Notes under the pieces: model-generated | Told to the model about the DNA's origin: nothing | Databases searched by the model: none | The model's input: the letters and a program-made list of their open reading frames with translations, nothing else | Program-made: the position numbers and the translations under genes | Shown here: positions 26,245-32,000 of the stretch, in pieces | How the letters are laid out: each line of letters starts with the position of its first letter | Numbering within the stretch: position 1 is the first letter of the stretch | Source: Candidatus Electrothrix yaqonensis | GTDB taxonomy: Bacteria; Desulfobacterota; Desulfobulbia; Desulfobulbales; Desulfobulbaceae | DNA: 32,000 nt | Assembly (NCBI GenBank): GCA_047651235.1 | Contig: CP178758.1 | Location: 2,130,001-2,162,000, forward strand | Reading direction: 5' to 3'

Positions 26245-28806
26245 ATGATAGGTAAAGTATTAACCAAAGTATTCGGCAGCAAGAATGACCGGGAGGTCAA
26301 GGCGCTGCGTAAGATAGTCGATCGGGTCAACGCATTGGAGCCCTCTGTGGAACCGCTCAGTGACGCTGAGCTGCAGGCAAAAACGCCTGAGTTTAAACAG
26401 CGGTATGCAAAGGGAGAATCTCTGGACGACCTGCTGCCCGAAGCCTTTGCGGTCTGCCGCGAGGCAGCCAGGCGGGTTCTGGGGGAACGGCATTATGATG
26501 TCCAGCTGATCGGCGGTCTTGTTCTGCACCAGGGAAAAATTGCGGAGATGAAGACCGGTGAAGGGAAAACCCTGACCTCCACAGCTGCAGTGTATCTCAA
26601 TGCCCTGAGCGGCAAGGGCGTGCATGTGGTCACGGTCAATGATTATCTGGCCGGACGTGATGTGGAGTGGATGGGCCAGCTCTACCATTTTCTCGGCCTG
26701 ACCACCGGGGCAATCATTCATGATATGAACGATCAGGACCGACGGGAAGCCTATGCCGCTGATGTCACCTACGGGACCAACAACGAGTTCGGGTTTGACT
26801 ATCTGCGGGACAACATGAAGTTTGACATGGCGGATTTCTGCCAGCGCGGGTTCAATTTTGCCATTGTCGATGAGGTGGACTCCATCCTGATTGATGAGGC
26901 CCGGACGCCGCTGATTATTTCCGGCCCGGCTGAAATGTCCACGGACATGTACCTCGGCGTCGATCGGATCATGAAAAACTTCAAGGAGGACGAGCATTAC
27001 AGCAAGGACGAAAAGGCCCGGCAGGTTATGCTTACCGATGAGGGCGTCCTGCTTGCTGAAGACCTGCTTAAAGTGGATAATCTGTATGATCCGCTCAATA
27101 TCAATCAGCTCCATCATGTCAATCAGGCCCTCAAAGCGCATGTCCTGTTTCAGCGGGATGTGGATTATATCGTCAAGAACGGCGAAGTGATCATTGTTGA
27201 TGAATTCACCGGCCGGACTATGGAGGGCCGCCGCTATTCCGATGGCCTGCATCAGGCTCTGGAAGCCAAGGAAGGGGTGAAGATTGAAAAGGAAAACCAG
27301 ACCCTGGCCTCCATCACCTTTCAGAACTACTTCCGCATGTACGACAAGCTGGCCGGAATGACCGGTACAGCGGACACGGAAGCGCCTGAGTTCAAAAAAA
27401 TTTATGATCTTGATGTGGTCATTATTCCGACCAACCGGGATATGGTCCGACGGGATCTTCCGGATGTGATCTATAAGAATCAGGCGGCCAAGTACCGGGC
27501 CATTGTCCGGGAAATCAAGGAGCTGCATGAAAAAGGCCAGCCGGTTCTGGTGGGTACCATCTCCATTGATGTGTCGGAAAAAATTGCCAGGATGCTGCAG
27601 AAGGAAAAACTTCCCCACGAGGTGCTGAATGCCAAACAGCATGAGCGGGAGGCAGAAATTGTTGCCGATGCCGGTCAGCTCGGAAAGATCACCATCGCGA
27701 CCAATATGGCAGGACGCGGGACCGATATCAAACTGGGGGAAGGCGTCCGTGAGGCGGGCGGCCTCCATATCCTCGGGACCAGCCGGCATGAATCCCGCCG
27801 GATCGACAACCAGCTCCGGGGCCGTTCCGGCCGTCAGGGTGATCCCGGCTCCTCCCGCTTTTTTCTGTCCCTAGAGGATGACCTGCTGCGCATTTTCGGC
27901 TCAGGAAAACTGGGCGCGATCATGGACAAGCTGGGCATGGAAGAGGATGAACCCATTGAGCACAGCATGATTTCCAAGGCCATTGAGAATGCCCAGCGCA
28001 AGGTGGAAGGCCATAACTTTGATATCCGGAAACACCTGCTGGAATATGACGATGTCATGAACAAGCAGCGTGAAGTCATCTACAGCCAGCGGCGGGAGGT
28101 TCTGGCCCGTAAAGATGTTCTCGCGATTATTCAGGATATGATCGCTAATCTGGTCGTCAGCTTTGTTGAGCAGACGGCGCAGGGGCGCAAACATCCTGAA
28201 GATTGGAATTGGGATGGCCTGGATGACCGGGTCGAAGAGCTGTTCGGCATCAAATCCGGCTGGCTGGGAGGCGAGCACAGTGAAATGGATGCAGAGTCTC
28301 TGCAGGAAAAACTACAGGCCGCTGTTGATCATGCCTACAGGGCGCAGGAGGAACGCAACCGGGCTGATCAGATGCGCCAGATCGAGCGGATGATCCTGCT
28401 GCAGATTGTTGATACGCTGTGGAAAGAGCACCTGCTCAATATGGATCACCTCAAAGAGGGAATCGGCCTGCGCGGCTACGGCCAGAAAAATCCGCTGGAT
28501 GAGTATAAAAAAGAGGGACATGAGCTTTTTCAGACCATGATTGAGACTGTCAAGGAGCAGACAGTCAATGCCCTGATGCATGTACGGATTATGCAGAGCG
28601 ATGAGGTGGACCGCTTTGAAGAGGAACAGCGCCGCAAACAGGAGGAGGAGCTGCAGCGGGCCAAGCTCTCCTCTGGTTCAGATACTTCTTCCGGGGAGGG
28701 CGGACAGCAGCCCGTCAGGCGCGATACGGAGAAAATCGGGCGCAACGCCCCCTGTCCCTGCGGTTCAGGGCAGAAATACAAAAAATGCTGCGGCAGGGTG
28801 AAGTAA
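26245..28806 (+). CDS. secA: Preprotein translocase ATPase SecA
   Basis: 853 aa. '[17 protein letters not shown]', 'MKTGEGKTL', '[20 protein letters not shown]', and the C-terminal Zn motif '[14 protein letters not shown]'. Confidence 0.97.
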   Translation: MIGKVLTKVFGSKNDREVKALRKIVDRVNALEPSVEPLSDAELQAKTPEFKQRYAKGESLDDLLPEAFAVCREAARRVLGERHYDVQLIGGLVLHQGKIAEMKTGEGKTLTSTAAVYLNALSGKGVHVVTVNDYLAGRDVEWMGQLYHFLGLTTGAIIHDMNDQDRREAYAADVTYGTNNEFGFDYLRDNMKFDMADFCQRGFNFAIVDEVDSILIDEARTPLIISGPAEMSTDMYLGVDRIMKNFKEDEHYSKDEKARQVMLTDEGVLLAEDLLKVDNLYDPLNINQLHHVNQALKAHVLFQRDVDYIVKNGEVIIVDEFTGRTMEGRRYSDGLHQALEAKEGVKIEKENQTLASITFQNYFRMYDKLAGMTGTADTEAPEFKKIYDLDVVIIPTNRDMVRRDLPDVIYKNQAAKYRAIVREIKELHEKGQPVLVGTISIDVSEKIARMLQKEKLPHEVLNAKQHEREAEIVADAGQLGKITIATNMAGRGTDIKLGEGVREAGGLHILGTSRHESRRIDNQLRGRSGRQGDPGSSRFFLSLEDDLLRIFGSGKLGAIMDKLGMEEDEPIEHSMISKAIENAQRKVEGHNFDIRKHLLEYDDVMNKQREVIYSQRREVLARKDVLAIIQDMIANLVVSFVEQTAQGRKHPEDWNWDGLDDRVEELFGIKSGWLGGEHSEMDAESLQEKLQAAVDHAYRAQEERNRADQMRQIERMILLQIVDTLWKEHLLNMDHLKEGIGLRGYGQKNPLDEYKKEGHELFQTMIETVKEQTVNALMHVRIMQSDEVDRFEEEQRRKQEEELQRAKLSSGSDTSSGEGGQQPVRRDTEKIGRNAPCPCGSGQKYKKCCGRVK

Positions 28807-28843
28807 CCGACCGGCAGGCGGACAGGTGCTCTGTTATTCAGCT

Positions 28844-29221
28844 ATGAAAGGGTCCGATTACAGGAGGAAGGCTGCCGGACGTTCCGGTGAGGATGCTGCG
28901 GTGCAGTTCTTGGAAAAACAGGGCTACAGCATTCTGGAACGCAACTACCGCCTGCGGACCGGCGAGGTGGATATTATCGCCCGTGATGGAGAGTATCTTG
29001 TTTTTATTGAGGTGAAAACACGGCGGGGACAGAAGTTCGGTACGCCCTTTGACGCTGTTGATGTCCGCAAGCAGCGGCAGATTTCCAAAGTTGCTCTTGC
29101 CTATATCCAGGGCCGGGATATTCCGGTCCGTTTTGACGTGGTTGCTGTTCGGCTGCACGGACAGGCTGGACAAACTGCCCGGATGGAACTGCTGAAAAAC
29201 GCCTTTGAGTATATCGAATAA
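28844..29221 (+). CDS. yraN: YraN-family (UPF0102) endonuclease-like protein
   Basis: 'GEDAAVQFLEKQGYSILERNYR', 'GEVDIIARDGEYLVFIEVKTRR' and 'RFDVVAV'. The ATG at 28844 is used; the track ORF starts at a GTG at 28826. Confidence 0.85.
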   Translation: MKGSDYRRKAAGRSGEDAAVQFLEKQGYSILERNYRLRTGEVDIIARDGEYLVFIEVKTRRGQKFGTPFDAVDVRKQRQISKVALAYIQGRDIPVRFDVVAVRLHGQAGQTARMELLKNAFEYIE

Positions 29222-29272
29222 AGAAGCGAAAAAGAAGTTCGGAGCAGAGGTGGAATCAGATTTGTAGGCAGG

Positions 29273-29737
29273 TTATTTCTTTTTCAGAAAAAAGTTGGAC
29301 AGCTGTTTAATATTCCAACGTTTCAGGCTGTACGGTTTAAAGAAGACAGTATCTCCTTCAAATTCAAGAATATTGTTCCAGATAAATTCTCTTCCCAGGG
29401 CTGCCGGATCAACAGCTCTGTACAGCAGGGTTGTTTCAAGAAAGAAGAAACTGTCAAGTTTCATGGACAGGAATTCAACCGCCATGCCGTTTTCGGAGAG
29501 CCTGGTTACTGTACCGACAGCACGGACTGCTTCCTCTGTATTCAGCAATCCTGACGGAGTCAGTTTTACGACGCACAGATCCTTGGAATTCTGCTGAAAG
29601 TCCCCTTCGACGTAAAATCCGCTGAGGCTCACATTGGCAACAAAGCGCTTGTATTCTTTCACGCCGAAATCAAGATGTGCAGCCCAGTGAAGAGATATAC
29701 GTGCAAACCGGCGCCTGTTCATATTCTGCATAGTCAT
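29273..29737 (-). CDS. PilZ-domain c-di-GMP receptor protein
   Basis: N-terminal 'RRRFAR' (RxxxR) and 'NVSLSG' ((D/N)xSxxG) PilZ signature, followed by an unassigned C-terminal half. The start is placed at ATG 29737; the track ORF begins at a TTG at 29770. Confidence 0.8.
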   Translation of the reverse strand: MTMQNMNRRRFARISLHWAAHLDFGVKEYKRFVANVSLSGFYVEGDFQQNSKDLCVVKLTPSGLLNTEEAVRAVGTVTRLSENGMAVEFLSMKLDSFFFLETTLLYRAVDPAALGREFIWNNILEFEGDTVFFKPYSLKRWNIKQLSNFFLKKK

Positions 29738-29957
29738 CCGCCTGCTGCTGCGAGAAAACAACCCCCACAAAGAAGATATCCGGTTGATATCATCGGCATT
29801 CCGGCGTTGTTGCTATGGTCTGATCCGGAGCGCTGCCTGCTGCTGCTCTTTTCCGACCGTTTTTATTCTTCACAGTTTTCCGGATTTTTCTGTTCAATTT
29901 TTTTGTTCATTTTGTTGCTTGTGAGTGCATCCGAGGAGAGCAGTATTTTCCAGTGCA

Positions 29958-29986
29958 AGAATACCTTTGCTGTCCTGATCTGTCAA
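29958..29986 (-). promoter_or_regulatory. Candidate sigma70 promoter for the PilZ gene
   Basis: Minus strand TTGACA (complement of 29981-29986), 17-nt spacer, TATTCT (complement of 29958-29963). This implies a leader of about 215 nt. Confidence 0.35.
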
Positions 29987-30170
29987 AGAAAACGATAAAA
30001 ACACCAGGTGTTCTTCCGGTTCGTTCTTCTCTTTCCGCTGCAGTGTCCGGCAGCGGATTTCCGGGTCTGTCCGGGGCTGAATATATGACAGAAGGTTATA
30101 CTGGATTATACCGGCTGCATACCGTCTTTTCTGTTGACGGTGGATTATCTTTTGAAATACAGTAAGCTGA

Positions 30171-30215
30171 AGTATGCTGTCTTTTCCGGGCAGCAGGAAA
30201 AGCATACTGTTTTTT
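30171..30215 (+). terminator. Orphan plus-strand Rho-independent terminator
   Basis: AGTATGC (30171-30177) pairs with GCATACT (30202-30208), and TTTTCC (30182-30187) pairs with GGAAAA (30196-30201), with a 4-nt bulge and 8-nt loop. It is followed by G then T6 (30210-30215). No annotated plus-strand gene lies upstream. Confidence 0.65.
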
Positions 30216-30282
30216 CTCTGTCCGGTCCTGCCTGTTGAAGAGAATCCTGTTTCCGGGTAAGAAGTATCAGAAGGTATAAATT

Positions 30283-30291
30283 TGGTATAAT
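30283..30291 (+). promoter_or_regulatory. Extended -10 promoter element for the DUF218 gene
   Basis: TGgTATAAT (consensus -10 with an upstream TG) lies 53 nt upstream of the ATG at 30344. The -35 is weak. Confidence 0.45.
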
Positions 30292-30343
30292 CTGCCGCCT
30301 CATCTCCAACCTCTAACCGAACGCTCTGAAGGAAGGGAACATC

Positions 30344-31123
30344 ATGGTTGAATTTGCCCGCTTTATCGCACCGTTTCTGGCTCCTCTCCCTATGGGAGTA
30401 TTCTGTATCTTTTTCGCTCTGTTCTGTCTGCTCCTGAGTCTGAAAAAAACAGCAGTTCTGTCCCTGCTGCTCAGTCTCGCTATTCTGCTGGTTTCCGGTT
30501 ACGGTCTGTTCACCCGGCAGCAGCTTTATCAGCTGGAACGGAAATATCCGTCCCTGGATGTGGAAAAAATTGCCGCACAGAAGCAGCGTCAGATTAAATT
30601 CGTTGTTGTGCTCGGCAGTTCCAACGTGACTGATCCCGATGTCCCGGAGAGCGGGCAGCTCGGCAGTGCTTCATTATATCGCTTGGTTGAGGGAATCCGC
30701 ATTCATCAGGAACTCCCGCAGACGTGGCTGGTGTTCAGCGGCGGAGCGAATCAGGATACCCGGGCCAATGCCGTGGTGGCAGGAAAGGTTGCTGAATCTC
30801 TCGGTATGGACAAAGACAGGATGATTATTGAAGACCGTCCCGCTGATACGCAGGAAGAGGCAAAGCTGCTTTCCCCTGTGCTTAGAGATACGCCTTTTGT
30901 CCTGGTGACCTCTGCCGCACATATGGACCGGGCCATGAAACTGTTTCAGGAGGAGGGGATGGATCCGATAGCAGCCCCGACAGATTTTATGCTCAAGGAC
31001 AATAAACTGCTGACCTCGGATAAGTTTCTGCCTTCCTGTGAAAATATGGGGATATCACAGCGGATGCTTTATGAGTGGATGGCTGCCGGGTGGGCATATC
31101 TTCAGAAGACAGCAGGATTCTGA
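30344..31123 (+). CDS. DUF218 (ElyC/YdcF/SanA-family) envelope-associated protein
   Basis: Two N-terminal TM segments, then 'FVVVLGSS', 'VFSGGAN', 'DTQEEA' and 'LVTSAAHMDRA'. GGAAGGGA SD. Confidence 0.85.
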   Translation: MVEFARFIAPFLAPLPMGVFCIFFALFCLLLSLKKTAVLSLLLSLAILLVSGYGLFTRQQLYQLERKYPSLDVEKIAAQKQRQIKFVVVLGSSNVTDPDVPESGQLGSASLYRLVEGIRIHQELPQTWLVFSGGANQDTRANAVVAGKVAESLGMDKDRMIIEDRPADTQEEAKLLSPVLRDTPFVLVTSAAHMDRAMKLFQEEGMDPIAAPTDFMLKDNKLLTSDKFLPSCENMGISQRMLYEWMAAGWAYLQKTAGF

Positions 31124-31185
31124 CCGGAAAGGTTGATGTCCCGGTTTGCGGTGTCAGGGCTGCAGTAAGGTCTACAGTAGCACGA

Positions 31186-31209
31186 TAACATCTATACTAA
31201 CATCTATAC
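31186..31209. repeat. Exact 12-bp tandem duplication upstream of argJ
   Basis: TAACATCTATAC occurs at 31186-31197 and again at 31198-31209, about 155 nt upstream of the argJ ATG. Confidence 0.95.
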
Positions 31210-31363
31210 ACAAATTGTACTCTGTGATATTATAGGAGCTATATCCGGTTTGTTGCATAAAAAATGGAGATTCTTGTGTATTGCACTGTAGTTTCGCTAA
31301 AAATATACAGCAGGATGCCGACAGCACTATCCTGCGGGTGAACGGACAGAAAAAAGGTGATCA

Positions 31364-32000
31364 ATGAAAGTAAAAGGGTTTGCCGCTGCCGCTGTACAGG
31401 CCGGTATCCGCTATCAGGACCGACTTGATATCGGGCTGATTTATTCTGAAGTTCCGGCTGTGACAGTCGGGATGTTTACGACCAATACGGTCAAGGCGGC
31501 ACCTGTTGTTCTGGGAATGAAGCGGCTCTGTGAGGGCAGGGCCCAGGCTGTGCTGGTAAACAGCGGCAATGCCAATGCCTGTACCGGGGAGCAGGGCATG
31601 GAGGTCGCGGTCCGCAGTGCGGCTCTGGCAGCAGAGGCTCTGCAGATTGAGAAGGAGCTGGTCCTGGTGGCGTCTACCGGAGTTATCGGAGAACAGCTTG
31701 ATCTTCAGCCCTTTGTCCGGGCGGTTCCTGAACTTGCCGCCGGTCTGCAGGAGGACGGATTTGATGATCTCGCCCGGGCCATTATGACCACAGATACCGT
31801 GCCCAAAACCTCAGAAGCCACGGTCGTCATTAACGGGACAGAGGTCAATCTGCTGGGAGTAGCCAAGGGGGCCGGAATGATTATGCCGGATATGGCCACC
31901 ATGCTCTGTTTTGTGGTCACAGATGCCCGGATCGCTTTTTCTGAACTGCATGAGATTGTCCGGCAGGGAGTGGAGCACTCATTTAATCTGATCACTGTGG
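31364..32000 (+). CDS. argJ: Bifunctional glutamate N-acetyltransferase / amino-acid acetyltransferase ArgJ (5' partial, runs off the window)
   Basis: Not in the ORF track because no stop falls in the window. My translation from ATG 31364 reads 'MKVKGFAAAAVQAGIRYQDRLDIGLIYSEVPAVTVGMFTTNTVKAAPVVLGMKRL...VLVNSGNANACTGEQG'. AAGGTGA SD. Confidence 0.9.
   Translation, partial: MKVKGFAAAAVQAGIRYQDRLDIGLIYSEVPAVTVGMFTTNTVKAAPVVLGMKRLCEGRAQAVLVNSGNANACTGEQGMEVAVRSAALAAEALQIEKELVLVASTGVIGEQLDLQPFVRAVPELAAGLQEDGFDDLARAIMTTDTVPKTSEATVVINGTEVNLLGVAKGAGMIMPDMATMLCFVVTDARIAFSELHEIVRQGVEHSFNLITV

Noticed and set aside
26260-27789. 509-aa minus-strand ORF antisense to secA
   Set aside because: This is the same codon-aligned shadow-frame effect (27787 is a secA codon start). 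secA is unambiguous on the plus strand, and the antisense product has no recognisable features.
30073-30090. GGGGCTGA... resembling the 5' end of tmRNA
   Set aside because: Only the first 8 nt match. There is no tag-ORF region, T-arm or CCA-like 3' end, and the terminator lies just about 100 nt downstream, far too short for ssrA.
29894-30205. 103-aa minus-strand ORF in the PilZ/DUF218 intergenic region
   Set aside because: It has no SD and atypical composition, and it runs through the plus-strand terminator hairpin. The region is better explained as non-coding or structured.
31250-31300. Possible ARG box (TGCATAAAAAATGGA) upstream of argJ
   Set aside because: It matches the TGAAT-N4/5-ATTCA core at only about 7 of 10 positions, and no second adjacent box is present. 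This is too weak to call.

Overview
This 32-kb window is mostly core chromosome from a mid-GC bacterium. The gene content (CooC-type ATPase, bacteriohemerythrin, PPK2, GAF-GGDEF, PilZ) and codon style suggest an anaerobic Desulfobacterota-like organism, but that is inference only. I support about 27 protein-coding genes: cooC-like, DUF445, PHP phosphatase, YkgJ-type Cys-cluster protein, hemerythrin, mpl, GAF-GGDEF cyclase, RNase II/R, era, cvpA-like, ppk2, dprA, rpoD, dnaG, M28 peptidase, short ArgA-like GNAT, secA, yraN, PilZ, DUF218/ElyC-like and a partial argJ, plus a few orphan small, secreted or lipoprotein genes. I found no rRNA, tRNA or CRISPR array, and no recognisable multi-gene defence, secretion or biosynthetic system. 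The accessory content is small. (i) 2.68-3.75 kb holds decayed remnants of three unrelated transposases, one nested in another. (ii) 6.5-8.1 kb is an AT-richer two-gene islet; its Vsr/DUF559-type nuclease gene is split by a frame break inside an A7 run. (iii) 17.6-17.96 kb is an AT-rich patch next to an orphan lipoprotein gene. The non-coding signals most worth a second look are an exact 22-bp tandem repeat in the rnr/era divergent promoter region, an orphan plus-strand intrinsic terminator with upstream stem-loops beside the PilZ gene (candidate sRNA or micro-protein), and an unusually long AT-rich dnaG-rpoD spacer with phased TGTACA palindromes and an ATGA-coupled uORF. None of these amounts to a demonstrated novel system, and the interest scores reflect that. 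All long antisense ORFs in the track are codon-aligned shadows of real genes and are rejected.
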